From positions 4,832 to 68,831 of IMG/VR virus record IMGVR_UViG_3300034102_001642: 64,000 bases of DNA; one strand, given 5' to 3'. Numbering within the stretch: the first letter of the stretch is position 1; each line of letters starts with the position of its first letter. A program made the position numbers and the translations under genes. Source of the DNA: a virus (Duplodnaviria > Caudoviricetes). Shown piece by piece: positions 30,301 to 40,071 of the stretch. The notes beneath the pieces are model-generated. The model ran no database searches, was not told the origin of the DNA, and saw nothing but the letters and a program-made list of their open reading frames with translations.

Positions 30301-31838
30301 TGATTAATGGATCTGATACAGTTGTAAGCGTATGGCAAAAAATTAGATTGCAAGCACAAGGATTTACTGGAGACCTTAATAAATTAAACGCCGAGCAAAC
30401 CCAATTAATTGCCGATGCTTTCGCTGCAATATCTACATCTGTAGTAGCAACAAATTCAGCCAAAGGCGGGCTTCTAGAAAAGCAATACACTGCACTTGGT
30501 AAGCTAGAAGACAAAATTAAGTCTTACACACAAGCGTTAAAAGGACAAAAAGTTTCAGAGCAAATATCTGATAGAGAGAGGCTGTCTTCACTTAACAAGC
30601 AGATTGAAGCAAATAATAAATTGGCGGAAGCTAGAAAGAAAGCATTGTCTGCAGCACAAGCAGATGCCGACCTTGGAAGACAAATTGAAAAGACCAGAAT
30701 TGCAATGCTTAATGCTGAAGCAACTGGAGACACACAAAAATCTCAAGAACTTAGACTTGATTTGGAGTCATTGACAAGTCAGCAACAAACAGAGTCACAA
30801 TCAAAAGCTATTGATAAGGCAAATGAACTTGCAAATGCACCTCTCAAAGCTGCTATTGAAGCTATGGCTAAAAATCAACAAAAGGCTGCCGACAGTGCAG
30901 CGCTAGCTGGAGAAAGTTTAGAGTCATATCGTAAAAAGCAAGAAGAGTCTGTTGCGGCAATAGATAAAGTTAATAATTCCATGACCGCACTTTATGGCAA
31001 TGCTGAAGCAGCTGGTAAATCAGTAGAAGAATATGTTAAAACAAATAAAGAAGCAGCAGCTGGATTCGTTGCTGCAGTAGAAGCGGCTACTGGCGAAAAG
31101 ATGCCAAGGTATCTGGATTTTCAAAATTATGAAGGTGGGCAAGTAGTAAGTAAAAAAGTTGCAGTTTCTCCACAAGCAAACGCATTATCAATATTAGCAA
31201 AAGCAGGAGCAGGTTCTGCCGTTAACGATGCACTTGCAAATAGCATTAAGGGTGGAGCATCTCTTAAAGATATTGTAGACGCAATTCAAAATAAAGAAGA
31301 TTCCAAAAAACTGAAAAAAATTTCTTATGCGATAAAGGAATCTGGATATTCTGCTAATAAAGTTGGAGCTGGCGCCCTTTCAGCTGCTGGAATTTCTTCG
31401 GGAGAACAGGTATTAGGAACAACATTTTTAGATAAAGATGGAGTAAAATGGAAAATATCTTCCCGTCCTGTTGGCGGGTATAACTCTGACTGGGGTGTGA
31501 CAAAAGCTGGGTTTGGAACTATGAATTTAAATCCAAAAATACCAACAATTGTTGGAGACCGTGGGCCAGAAATGGTATTCGGAAATATGGTTATTCCTAA
31601 CATGGCAAAAGTTCCTTTTGCATCACCAAGGTATGACTTAAAAGAAGCTGCAAAAAGATTTGAGCCTATGCAACAAAGATCTTCAAGTGCATCATATGTA
31701 GTAAATCAAAATATCTACGCATCTGAGGGAATGGATGTCGAGGCATTGTCAAATATGATTGTCAAAAAAGCTGAAATTGTTATTGGACAAAAGGCTAAAG
31801 TTAATGTTAAAATGATTGGACAGGGGAAGAATATATAA
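24357..31838 (+). CDS. Tape measure protein (2493 aa)
   Basis: TP901-type core (GRQLTVGLTVPL..FG..A, EGANALKS), helical Ala-rich, VVGEKGPE motifs, position. Confidence 0.93.
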   Translation: MADQNIVTNITATANFSSLTAQLQAVTSQLLKLQATTIGLNKNLTSQVGVMNRQFDETMRSTGQFARHFVTLTSDVSKFGQNLDSGRMKLGQYFRAWQGHTQKTSSLVRELAKQQVMLENAIIQPLGKNAQGLMQYNVMVQSGLDATKNKSALLRQELSIMNKVMMDGSNQLINWGKNTQWAGRQLTVGLTVPLAAFGMAAAKAFKEADQELTRLTKVYGGLTATSSADLLKVRKDVMAVSRELASGLGANFTETIALAADIAATGKEGADLIDSTRQTTRLAILGEVDRQEAMKATLAIQTAFGQNTMQLAESIDFLNAVENQTSTTLDDLVTAIPKAGPVVKALGGDVEDLALYLTAMREGGINASEGANALKSALASVINPTKVAKEMFMGLGIDLAGIVDKNAGNLTGTIMALKDSLDSLEPLQRARAIEQLFGKFQFARINALFENLGKEGSQTLQVLDLMKASTKDLASISERELKALTESASGKYRRALESVKAELAVVGEQFLKVGAFVLNAIDGILKFIGNLPAPIKAVLGFIGSLTAVAGPIIMLTGVLANFFGYIIKGILALKNIGKGGTGFKLLTPELMAAEAAAKNVEQSFYSDTKAAATFSDAVLTLAASFEKLKQSAMSSTVATSNSMSTVAGNPVMRGGGRIVDKDNPLVGKSYSRDMSHVIPTGSKTAEQRASETIFSTVPGPKPVNLRLSNSPQTYMNDDLPRIPGVTSVNGVSNGIVAAEAAKWHSMTAALAMQSKAEIALLKTEIAATGTVTASLSDSYQALLPQMTKITSLAADETALIVKQLQAGKITVEAARAKIFALNAQVEVMLAQTAQGVATAQARNINLGMVPLTSQPVVGAAGKSNMKELFHKSETSKLVDSIARGLGVRTSGAGYSIQTTKPRFNAGGKIEDFGQNKTRVSGPASITYDDRMGSIPLGGYVLNQAASMDPANAKLVAAAPSTHNNSGSNITALLTPKETVFGPGIQDNPELLAAVDAANNGRPLPRRMGGGKINLSTSNYGAINPAVMVKILSQLFKRNPKLSREMLRGRDMSLSGAEARAYQESVFGTALRSSSRELSRQYYFVGNWGGRLRASVNTALSHGAAKKADIVSDLMHGSSQQALPSLTRFLQVNKVPPDKIALLTDRARANMVSGLSGTGKIGEAEWSRLQHKEYLAVAKELRLRKEYLESLNVPGQRRAHSTDPVARGIQAETALNPYGKTDLEKLIAANDANGTRYMGSYRNYGIEKINGEPTALAHMMPKFSGGGMIGNVLKGLAMRRIGAGFGPTGAPKPSMYESAPWGVNSLSIGMAETLFANSGLRKNTQKLFYDKFAAAMAKEKPYGYVKDAKTGSLKHGLEPDVLDSIIRSAASDLIGDRNVLRQLSPIDRDILKNKYLNWDSKQNTPMTAELKKKIFDISGNREMGGPVSPGQNYVVGEKGPEIFRPLQSGNIIPGYEVGGVIKYGKDSYGLSGNPAKRAEQLAEKAARAEAAKSYGGQRSFPYAPGLRLPLSGAGSSIDSAFSSIASSLKAGSNKLVTSTRMINDQVSYSIRSLVDGSRLYADSITSSAKSIGSSYKRGGSEILIAGAPGAFPGGKEDRAQRMASSFRTNAAYSTAAIMHPIQYLKTKGLNPEFGQGAGANMVGMMGGMAAGGAIGGKLGGQNGAMMGSMAGMMGGQMLLPKIGGMIGKRAAASAATAGLASAGFGATAAAAAGLVAPLAAVTAAGIAGYKMWKHYKEGQDLNIASFGLTAEAAKKAGLRFTDFGARIKDTIQNAKDMADANKLVYESMKDGGTPFQMTTAEYTKLKVEVKETFGEQIDILNRQPSTKVPDAVSRIKEQLVAAGMSAEEATKKIYTMLQLSNKKDQSITATLGNADFKAITDPQSAAVSAVTSFGEDTKTQGNKEKAAQLNTALTATETAINDLIEKRERLVAKDLTGKVKSLSFAEAEKIVIDQINNSKEAGTVIDEGTISAMEEINPGIRKMINGSDTVVSVWQKIRLQAQGFTGDLNKLNAEQTQLIADAFAAISTSVVATNSAKGGLLEKQYTALGKLEDKIKSYTQALKGQKVSEQISDRERLSSLNKQIEANNKLAEARKKALSAAQADADLGRQIEKTRIAMLNAEATGDTQKSQELRLDLESLTSQQQTESQSKAIDKANELANAPLKAAIEAMAKNQQKAADSAALAGESLESYRKKQEESVAAIDKVNNSMTALYGNAEAAGKSVEEYVKTNKEAAAGFVAAVEAATGEKMPRYLDFQNYEGGQVVSKKVAVSPQANALSILAKAGAGSAVNDALANSIKGGASLKDIVDAIQNKEDSKKLKKISYAIKESGYSANKVGAGALSAAGISSGEQVLGTTFLDKDGVKWKISSRPVGGYNSDWGVTKAGFGTMNLNPKIPTIVGDRGPEMVFGNMVIPNMAKVPFASPRYDLKEAAKRFEPMQQRSSSASYVVNQNIYASEGMDVEALSNMIVKKAEIVIGQKAKVNVKMIGQGKNI

Positions 31839-32287
31839 TGGCAGCTTTAACTTTACCAGTAGGTTCAGCATTGTTTATACAAGATGCTCTTGGCGTCTGG
31901 CAAAAATTAACTGAGCATAATAGGTCCCCAATATCTGTAGATGTACAACGCTTTGAGCAGACCTCTAGAATGGCCAATGGAAGCCTTAGAAAGCTGTTTA
32001 TAGCCGATAAGAAGAACATATCCACCTCCTGGAGCATGGTTCCGTCATATTCCACTATGACCGTAGATACAGGCTGGGGAGCGGAAGACATTAAAGCATT
32101 TTATTTAAGCGCCAAAGGCCAAGGAACATTTAATGTAAGAATAGCATATAACTCAGCCAGAACCGAAGATTTTGCCGCAAGTTTTACCTCATGCTCATTT
32201 AATATGATTAAAAGAAATGTAAAGGAAAAAGCGGCGGATACAGCACAGGCATTTTGGGATGTAAGTATTTCACTGGAAGAAGTATAA
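31838..32287 (+). CDS. Minor tail (distal tail-like) protein
   Basis: Follows tape measure; RMANGSLRK...WDVSISLEEV. Confidence 0.7.
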   Translation: MAALTLPVGSALFIQDALGVWQKLTEHNRSPISVDVQRFEQTSRMANGSLRKLFIADKKNISTSWSMVPSYSTMTVDTGWGAEDIKAFYLSAKGQGTFNVRIAYNSARTEDFAASFTSCSFNMIKRNVKEKAADTAQAFWDVSISLEEV

Positions 32288-35200
32288 TGCAATCAGTAAG
32301 CCAAACAACTCTAGATAAACTTAATACATCTGCTTCATATTCAATGTCAGGCGGATGCTGGCTAGAATATAATATGAACGATTTAATTTTAAATGCAGCG
32401 GTTACGGCTACACCAGCTGAAACTGCAACTCAAACAGATCCAATTACTGGTAAAACATACCAGCCATTTAAAAAGCTATTTCCATTAACCAGCATAATAG
32501 ACCCAAGAAGACCTTCGGCAGCAGGAATTAATTATTTTATATTAAACCCAAATGTTATAAATAGCATACCAAAGTATAACGTTTCTTCAGATCTTCCAGT
32601 AAGAACTTATTTTTCTAGCCCTAAAAATCAATACAAATTTTGGGTTTCACCCAAGTCTGGCGGCACAGCATTAAGTAATTTTAGTTTTACTGTAGATTAT
32701 CCTATATCAAAAACTGCTGTTGCCAATACCATACTTGTTAAATTTGAAACTTCTTACTCTAAGCCATCTACGTGGTCTATTAAAATACAAGATCACGCTG
32801 GTACTGAAACCACAATATCTACAAATGGAGTTGTGCCAGATAATGGAGTGTTCCAACTTTACTACAATGGATCCTCCTGGTCCACTACAAAATTTACAAC
32901 GCCTACTGCTCCATTAAATATTAAAAAAATAATTGTATCTGTAAATACAATTAGCGTTGCAAACTCCTATCTTGGAGTTATAGAAGTTGGTGCTAGATAT
33001 ATTCAAGACGTATCAAATAGATTAGTTTCTTTTCAAATTTCAAAAACTTCATCAGATGATTCATCTGGCATTGTTCCAGTTGGATCAGTAACATCAAATG
33101 CTCTATCAATGTCACTAGAGGGGTATGATAAAAAAGGCATTGAGTATGACAAAACAATGGCATTCAATAAAGATAATATAAATTTGTACAAGAACGTAAA
33201 GGTGATTCCATTTAATAAAATAGGAGACGATGTTATTCCACAAGGAATATTTTACATAGATTCCTTCACTTTGTCAGAATTTGGAGATATTGATATTCAG
33301 GGACTAGACGGAGCAAAGTTTTTACAAGAAATACTAGCCCCAGATATTGTAATTCAAAATGCTCCATCACAAGCAATTATTAGAAGGCTTTTAGATAGCG
33401 TAGGGTTTACTGGATATAATTTTAATACATATGGTAAAGGGGATGTAAATAAAGTTGACTCTGCAACTATAGTTCCTTTGTATTGGTTTACAGAAGATAC
33501 AAAAACAGTATGGCAACACATACAGGATCTATGCAGAGATACTCAAATGATAGCAACATTTGATAACAATGATATTCTTCAATTCTATCCTAGAGACTAT
33601 TTATTTGATAAATTAAGAACATCTAGTTTTAAATTTAGAAGTGAAACTAAGGGAGTAAACATCCCGAATATTATATCTTTCACTAAAGAAACAGTCCCTT
33701 CTGTCAAAGCAGTAAAAGTGATATATACTCCAATTATTAGTACAAACTATCAAGGCTCATCAGACAACCTTTATGTTTCTCCGCCAGCCGCTATCGGTGC
33801 AGCCGCACTACAAACAACATTATTATCAACCGCCCAAATTGAAACAGACGCACCAAAAGGCGTTGTTTCGCTATCTCCTATTAGCGTTTATAGTGATTTA
33901 GCAGATACATCTTTTTATAATAAGGCTGGATATTTTTTAATCAATAATGAAATAATTGAATACGATGCAATTGAATTTCAATATGAGCCGCTTTCATCTC
34001 CTAATACAGTTACAAAAAAATGGATAACGTCAGATTCAGACATTGCAAAGTTTCTTGGGGAAAGCAAGATTAATTCATTCAAGCCTACGCTAAGATATAG
34101 AATTAAAGAAAGAAATGCATTTAATGCAACTGGCAAAGGTATAGGTGTAGGAGAGACCCACCTGGTAAATATTGATGATCTAAAATCAGAATGGTCAGGA
34201 TCTAAACTAAACTTGTCTGCAAAAACAAATGTTGCAGACCAATCAGTATTCTCATTAAGACAAACAGATGGATCTGGTGTTTCAATTTCTAGATCCCTTC
34301 TTACAATAGTTGCACCTACGGCATCTAAAGAATACTATTGCGCTTCAATTAGTCCAGACGTTAATTTTACATCACAGAAATATTTTTCAATTGGAACAGC
34401 TTTATTCTTTAAGCTTGCTAAAGGTAGTAATGGAAGAACTACTGGAGAACAGTTTGTTTCTGCTGGACTTGGTATTGGTCTTGACGCCAATAACTTAAAC
34501 GGCTATATTTTAAAAATTGGGACTTCTCAAAACGTAGCAAACAAAGGATTAAATTATAGAGATGTACAGTTATTTAAAATAGTTAACGGAGTAGAGACAC
34601 CAGTTTCTGATACTCAAAAGACAGAAGAGGCATCAATTACTGGAGTATCTGGAGGAGAGTTTTACAGAGTAGACGTAAGAGTTTCTCAAGCAACAACAGG
34701 CCAAAGAATATTTAAAATTAAATTTAACAATGCCGTAATAACAGCAACTGATTCTGAAGCCACAACAATGGGCAACAAAATTGCATTAATCGGCATACAA
34801 GGTGAATCATCATTTGACTACGCATATGTAGCTTCATTAAAGAAAGAAGATTTTACTGGATCTTATTCTTATGACAATTATGGATCATACGTTGGTTCTG
34901 CCACAGAATTAAAAAATGTGTTTGGAGACTTTATTGCTATTGGATCTGCCTCCACTTTATCAAGTCCATGGATAAAAGAATTTGGGCCAGTAGCTAGAGA
35001 AATTAAAAAAATATCAACTAGGTATGCAACAAGACCAGGTTTTGTTAAATACCCTCAAATAATATTAAATCCCAACGTAACGCTACTTGGGTACGACGCA
35101 AACTCATTTGGAATTGATGCTTATATTTTAAATAACACTGGAGCATTTGTTGATTTAGCAGACGGCGGTCAAAAAAGCTTTATTGTAGTAGGAGAAACAA

Positions 35201-35550
35201 TAGCTCCCCTGGACCCATTTGAGTACCTTGACCCAGATCTATCTGCAACCAAAAATGATGAGCAAGTCGCATTTGAATCTATGTGGATACAAAAGGAATC
35301 AGAAGCGAAGGCTTTATCTACATGGATGAGAACTCAATGGTCTAAACAACAAACAGTTATTCAGATAGATGTTTTCCCAAACCCTATTATTGAAACAGGG
35401 GATGTAGTTGAAATATCTTATCCTAATAACTTTGTGTATTCTACTGAAGATACTGGGCAAACGGCTGGCAAATATATTGTTTTGGATATTGAGCAGGGGT
35501 ATAGCCAAGCCCCATCTACAAAACTTACCTGCAGGTCGATTTATGTTTAA
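32287..35550 (+). CDS. Large minor tail / baseplate hub protein
   Basis: Position; GIFYID, VWQHIQDL, NPIIETGDVVEI; likely ATG at 32287. Confidence 0.7.
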   Translation: MQSVSQTTLDKLNTSASYSMSGGCWLEYNMNDLILNAAVTATPAETATQTDPITGKTYQPFKKLFPLTSIIDPRRPSAAGINYFILNPNVINSIPKYNVSSDLPVRTYFSSPKNQYKFWVSPKSGGTALSNFSFTVDYPISKTAVANTILVKFETSYSKPSTWSIKIQDHAGTETTISTNGVVPDNGVFQLYYNGSSWSTTKFTTPTAPLNIKKIIVSVNTISVANSYLGVIEVGARYIQDVSNRLVSFQISKTSSDDSSGIVPVGSVTSNALSMSLEGYDKKGIEYDKTMAFNKDNINLYKNVKVIPFNKIGDDVIPQGIFYIDSFTLSEFGDIDIQGLDGAKFLQEILAPDIVIQNAPSQAIIRRLLDSVGFTGYNFNTYGKGDVNKVDSATIVPLYWFTEDTKTVWQHIQDLCRDTQMIATFDNNDILQFYPRDYLFDKLRTSSFKFRSETKGVNIPNIISFTKETVPSVKAVKVIYTPIISTNYQGSSDNLYVSPPAAIGAAALQTTLLSTAQIETDAPKGVVSLSPISVYSDLADTSFYNKAGYFLINNEIIEYDAIEFQYEPLSSPNTVTKKWITSDSDIAKFLGESKINSFKPTLRYRIKERNAFNATGKGIGVGETHLVNIDDLKSEWSGSKLNLSAKTNVADQSVFSLRQTDGSGVSISRSLLTIVAPTASKEYYCASISPDVNFTSQKYFSIGTALFFKLAKGSNGRTTGEQFVSAGLGIGLDANNLNGYILKIGTSQNVANKGLNYRDVQLFKIVNGVETPVSDTQKTEEASITGVSGGEFYRVDVRVSQATTGQRIFKIKFNNAVITATDSEATTMGNKIALIGIQGESSFDYAYVASLKKEDFTGSYSYDNYGSYVGSATELKNVFGDFIAIGSASTLSSPWIKEFGPVAREIKKISTRYATRPGFVKYPQIILNPNVTLLGYDANSFGIDAYILNNTGAFVDLADGGQKSFIVVGETIAPLDPFEYLDPDLSATKNDEQVAFESMWIQKESEAKALSTWMRTQWSKQQTVIQIDVFPNPIIETGDVVEISYPNNFVYSTEDTGQTAGKYIVLDIEQGYSQAPSTKLTCRSIYV

Positions 35551-35570
35551 TGAAATGGTAGAATCTTAAT

Positions 35571-35981
35571 ATGGCTACAAAAAAACCAAGAATAGGAAAG
35601 TCGCAAGTTGCTGGTGGAGTTAAAGTCCAGCTGCCTTTAGACTCACCCCTAAGAAAAGTATTAAAAACAGATCAGTATGATCTTGTCAATATATACACTG
35701 ATAGGGTAGATAAAACATATGTTGCTTCATCTCCAGACGATAATGAAGATATTGAAGATGACGATGATGATACCACACCAGATGAACCAATAGATACTTC
35801 GGATGCCCCAAATTTAGAGGACATAGTTTTAATTGGAACAACTGGGAAAAGATATTCTTCTGGCCAAACAATAACCGACCCAGAAATATATTATGATGGG
35901 AATAACAATAGGCTATTCAGAGTCACCTTTGAAGTTAAAAATAGTGTTGGAGAGATTGTAAAGGGAGTAATGATAGTATGA
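35571..35981 (+). CDS. Hypothetical tail-region protein with acidic tract
   Basis: ORF downstream of TGGTAGAAT (35556). Confidence 0.6.
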   Translation: MATKKPRIGKSQVAGGVKVQLPLDSPLRKVLKTDQYDLVNIYTDRVDKTYVASSPDDNEDIEDDDDDTTPDEPIDTSDAPNLEDIVLIGTTGKRYSSGQTITDPEIYYDGNNNRLFRVTFEVKNSVGEIVKGVMIV

Positions 35982-36865
35982 TAACAAAATTTGGTAAAAG
36001 ATTTATAACATCTTATTTAGCAAGCGGACTTAATTTCAATCAAAAAGACATTGCAATAGGAATAGGATCGCAAGCCCCAACTGTAAATGACTCAGACATG
36101 CAATTTGAATTTTATCGATCAGGAGTTTTTCTTGGAAGTTCTGACATACAAACAAATACAGCAAGTGGGGTAACAACATATTCAGTAGTTTATAAGACTA
36201 CATTGCCAACAGACGTTGAGGGCATAATATCAGAAATTGGAATTTTCCCTTCAGGGTTTTTGCAAAATACAGACTATTCTTCTAAATATATATCATCTTT
36301 TGAGAATACAACAGACTGGAAAGATTCAGATGGCGCACAACCAATATCTGTATCAACACCAACTCCAAAAATAGGTTCCTCATATTTTTCTATTACCGCA
36401 GCAAGCAATCAATCAAAATCATATAGCCTGGATACCGTTTTTGATCTTGCTGGATATGGAGTTGAAGACAGTATTTCACTTGCTTTTTATCAATCAGATT
36501 TAAACTTAGATTATATTTATGTTAGATTTTACAGCTCACCAACTAGCTATAAAGAAATAAGATTTTTAGCAACAACATCTATAGGACATAAAATTTTATC
36601 ACTTAAGTTATCTAGCTTATTTAACTCTACATTTTCATCTGCTGGAGCAACAGACTTTTCTAAAATTACTATAATAGAAATAGGCGCTAAAGCTAAAGTT
36701 TCAGGGGCTACAAATGTTTTATTAGATGGGTTAAGATTAAATGATGAAGACAGATATAACAGCCAGTATGGCTTAATTAGCAGATCTATTCTTTCTACCC
36801 CCATAGTAAAACCTCTTGGCATAGAGATGGATATTGAATATAAAGTAAATCTAGGATTCTTATAA
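35978..36865 (+). CDS. Minor tail / baseplate protein
   Basis: MITKFGKRFI..YLA....IAIGIG......D..MQFEFYR...ISEIGIF, resembling fibre-collar N-termini. Confidence 0.65.
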   Translation: MITKFGKRFITSYLASGLNFNQKDIAIGIGSQAPTVNDSDMQFEFYRSGVFLGSSDIQTNTASGVTTYSVVYKTTLPTDVEGIISEIGIFPSGFLQNTDYSSKYISSFENTTDWKDSDGAQPISVSTPTPKIGSSYFSITAASNQSKSYSLDTVFDLAGYGVEDSISLAFYQSDLNLDYIYVRFYSSPTSYKEIRFLATTSIGHKILSLKLSSLFNSTFSSAGATDFSKITIIEIGAKAKVSGATNVLLDGLRLNDEDRYNSQYGLISRSILSTPIVKPLGIEMDIEYKVNLGFL

Positions 36866-39396
36866 TGGTTGATAAATATTCACCAGGTAGATATGATCCA
36901 ATAAGTGGAAAATATTTTCCAGCAGATTTAAGCAAAACAAATGAAGAGGCAGCCAATGCAGCAAATACAAAAACTGCAGATGCATTTACTGTTAAAAAAT
37001 CTGGCTTAAATGTTGTAATGAATGGTCAATATCAATTTTCGTTTGCATATTTATATTCTGATCCAAATAATGCCTCAAACCTTATTCCTGGAACCAGGTC
37101 CCCCAACTTTATAGTTACGCTACAAACTCCCGATTTAACTCAGCCAGTAACCAACCTTGTTGTAACACCTTCACTTCTTTCTTATGGAGTTAATTGGACT
37201 TTAATAGATAAAGCTTTAGCTGCAAACAAATGGCTTATTGATATACAGATATACGAAAGTTTAACTGGAGCATTTGCAGGAGAAGAATATTTAGTTTGGA
37301 ATGGAAACGGAAACTCTGCAACCATACTTGTTTCAAATACAGCAAACAGATGGATACGTGTTGATACACGAGATCAAGATTATAGGAAGAAAAGCGTTTC
37401 TTTTGGCCCATTCAAAGCAATAGATCCAATTGTTGTAGATACAACTGGGCCAGCAAACGTAACTTCCGTGACTGCTGAAAGTGGAATTGATACATCTGGA
37501 TACTTGGGATTCAATGCTTACGCAAACATATCTTGGCCAGCAGTAACAGGCGGAGGCATAAGAGGATATAGAATTAGATTTAGCAATGATAGCGGAGCCA
37601 CCTATTCTTATGTTGATTCTCCAGGAACTGGAACAACATATAAGCTTGCTGGACTAGTAATTGGATCAACCTATAAAATAGCAGTTGCCACATATGATGA
37701 ATATAATAATACATCTTCTTCATATGTATCTGGACCAGATGTTACGGTTACTGGAACTCCATCAGTAACAAATTTTATTAAGGGCGGAGATTTTGAATTC
37801 GGAGTAGGGGTGGGATCAGTTGCAACAAATAAAGGTTTATATTTTGATGCCAGCAACTATTGGTATATTAATGCAACAAACAGTGCCAGACTTAAAGTTG
37901 GTGGGTCTACAAGCAACTACCTACTTTGGGACGGCTCTACATTTGCGGTAGATGGTAACATAACGGCTAGAGGCGGGCAGTTTAGCGGTAATATATTTAT
38001 GTCTACAACTGGAGCATCTATATATAGCGGAACAATTGATGCAACTACTGGTAATCTAACTGGCAACGGATTTGCATTAAATTCAACGGGATTAAAGGTT
38101 GCTAACGGCACAAAGTCTGTAACTATATCTGCTGCAACTGGAACAATAACTGCCAATGGTGGATCTATTGCTGGATGGGCATTAGGAGATAATACTTTTT
38201 CTAAAAACAATATTATATTAGACAGTACAGGAAATGGTAAAATACAAGTTGGCGCAAGTGCACAGAATAGTGTTTATTTAGGAACAGAGACTTCTGGTGG
38301 AACTTCATTTCTTATGTGGGCAGGTAATAATACTCCTGATGCTAATGCTAAATTTAAAATAGGAGCAGACGGCACACTATATGCAGTTGGTGCAGTTTTT
38401 GGATTAGGATCAAGTATTGCTGGATACGCAACATCTACACAGTTAACTACGGTTTCCACCACCGCAACAACTGCTGCATCAGATGCCAATACCGCAAAAA
38501 TTGCTGCTCAGGCCGCAAAGGCAACGGCGGATGCCGCTCTACCATCAACAAGCTTCAATAGAGACGCTATTGTAAATAGCATTAACAGCTCTGCTACAAC
38601 AACTACAATAAACGGCGGTAAAATAACAACAGGAACTGTTTCTGCAAATGCAGTTGTTTCAGATTTTATTTCTGCATTTAATATCAACGCAGATAAAATT
38701 ACTTCTGGAACAATTGGTGCATCTGTATCTATTACAACCCCAACGATTACAGTTGGATCATTAGGAGATTCTTATTATTTTAAAACAAAGTCTATACGAA
38801 GTGGTACATCAATTGAGGCTTTAGCAGTAAATGCTATAAACATGATGTCCGCTTCATCAGCTGGAACCCTTTCAAATTGGTATCCCTACTATACCGATGA
38901 CGCATCACTTGGTTTTGTAAGCTCCCCCTATAACCTTAGATGGAGAAATATATTTTTAATAAATAGTCCAAACGTAAGCTCAGATAATAGATATAAAAAT
39001 AACATACAGGTTTCAGACCTAGGCTTAGATTTTATTAAAAAATTAAATCCAAGAAAATACAAACTGAATTCAAGATCCGTTAAGCCAGTTATAGATGAAG
39101 ACGGCAAAGAAGTGCTACATGAAAATTCTGATAAGCCAGTAACTGAGCCAAATTTAAATGACCCAGGAGTAAGAAATCATTATGGGTTTGTAGCTCAAGA
39201 AGTAAAGGAAGCTTTAGACCAATTAGGTATATATGACTCGGCAGCCTTTTGGACGCTAGCCGATAAAGATGATCCAGAGTCTAGTCAGGCTTTGGTTTAT
39301 GAACAATTTATTTCACCACTAACCAAGGCTATACAAGAATTGTCAGATATGGTAGAATCATTACAACAAGAAATAAATACACTGAAGGGTATATAA
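36865..39396 (+). CDS. Tail fibre / receptor-binding protein with FN3 and peptidase S74 chaperone domains
   Basis: FN3 (SWPAV...GYRIRF...GL..GSTY.IAVATYD); SSDNRYKNNI...LGLDFIKKLNP...HYGFVAQEV...YEQFISPL.KAIQEL. Confidence 0.85.
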   Translation: MVDKYSPGRYDPISGKYFPADLSKTNEEAANAANTKTADAFTVKKSGLNVVMNGQYQFSFAYLYSDPNNASNLIPGTRSPNFIVTLQTPDLTQPVTNLVVTPSLLSYGVNWTLIDKALAANKWLIDIQIYESLTGAFAGEEYLVWNGNGNSATILVSNTANRWIRVDTRDQDYRKKSVSFGPFKAIDPIVVDTTGPANVTSVTAESGIDTSGYLGFNAYANISWPAVTGGGIRGYRIRFSNDSGATYSYVDSPGTGTTYKLAGLVIGSTYKIAVATYDEYNNTSSSYVSGPDVTVTGTPSVTNFIKGGDFEFGVGVGSVATNKGLYFDASNYWYINATNSARLKVGGSTSNYLLWDGSTFAVDGNITARGGQFSGNIFMSTTGASIYSGTIDATTGNLTGNGFALNSTGLKVANGTKSVTISAATGTITANGGSIAGWALGDNTFSKNNIILDSTGNGKIQVGASAQNSVYLGTETSGGTSFLMWAGNNTPDANAKFKIGADGTLYAVGAVFGLGSSIAGYATSTQLTTVSTTATTAASDANTAKIAAQAAKATADAALPSTSFNRDAIVNSINSSATTTTINGGKITTGTVSANAVVSDFISAFNINADKITSGTIGASVSITTPTITVGSLGDSYYFKTKSIRSGTSIEALAVNAINMMSASSAGTLSNWYPYYTDDASLGFVSSPYNLRWRNIFLINSPNVSSDNRYKNNIQVSDLGLDFIKKLNPRKYKLNSRSVKPVIDEDGKEVLHENSDKPVTEPNLNDPGVRNHYGFVAQEVKEALDQLGIYDSAAFWTLADKDDPESSQALVYEQFISPLTKAIQELSDMVESLQQEINTLKGI

Positions 39397-39557
39397 TGGA
39401 CAATAGATTAGAACTAATTGTAACAGCATTGCAGCAACGTATTGGCGAAATTGTCTCACAATATGAGACAAATATTGCTGTTCTCCGTGCCGAGATTACT
39501 CAGTTGTCAATAAAAATTCAAGAACTAGAAGCACCAAAGGAAAAACCAAAGGAGTAA
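39396..39557 (+). CDS. Small coiled-coil protein (53 aa, not in ORF track)
   Basis: MDNRLELIVTALQQRIGEIVSQYETNIAVLRAEITQL...; ATG overlaps upstream stop. Confidence 0.7.
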   Translation: MDNRLELIVTALQQRIGEIVSQYETNIAVLRAEITQLSIKIQELEAPKEKPKE

Positions 39558-39559
39558 AA

Positions 39560-39985
39560 ATGGCCGAACAATTGCAACCAATGCCTGTAAATCCAGGCGA
39601 CCCAATAACATCAGAGTTATTGGCCAACATTGTGTCTAATATTAATATAATAAATAACTTGTCAAATAGTATTAACGATAGTGGTAGCTCTACACAAGAT
39701 CCTGGGGCGGGTGTTCAAACACAAATTGAGTCTGGCAGATTAAAAATTACTGCGAATAAAGACGGAAAAACAATAACACCAGTAAGTTTTAAAAAGCCAT
39801 TTAGTGCCAGGCCAAATATAGTATGCACAGTTTGGCAGCCATCGGCTGTTGGGGCATTAACCAATAAATTTCAACCAATAGTAACAGTTGCTTCTGCTGA
39901 GGGATTTTCAATTCAAATGCAAAACGTAGGCGCTACGGCAAGCGGAAGCCTATATGTGCAATGGATTGCTTGTAGTACTACATAG
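39560..39985 (+). CDS. Small fibre-tip / H-type-lectin-like protein
   Basis: VSFKKPFSARPNIV.T...GFSI......VQWIA. Confidence 0.55.
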   Translation: MAEQLQPMPVNPGDPITSELLANIVSNINIINNLSNSINDSGSSTQDPGAGVQTQIESGRLKITANKDGKTITPVSFKKPFSARPNIVCTVWQPSAVGALTNKFQPIVTVASAEGFSIQMQNVGATASGSLYVQWIACSTT

Positions 39986-39988
39986 GTA

Positions 39989-40016
39989 TTGACAATATGT
40001 AGCACTATGCTACAAT
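39989..40016 (+). promoter_or_regulatory. Promoter at start of replication module
   Basis: TTGACA-16nt-TACAAT with extended TG. Confidence 0.75.
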
Positions 40017-40028
40017 TTGATTTAGACT

Positions 40029-40054
40029 ATAGGCCATGAATATTCATGGCCTAT
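40029..40054. promoter_or_regulatory. Perfect 26-bp palindrome (operator or leader hairpin)
   Basis: ataggccatgaatattcatggcctat. Confidence 0.6.
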
Positions 40055-40071
40055 TAACATTAAGGTAAATA

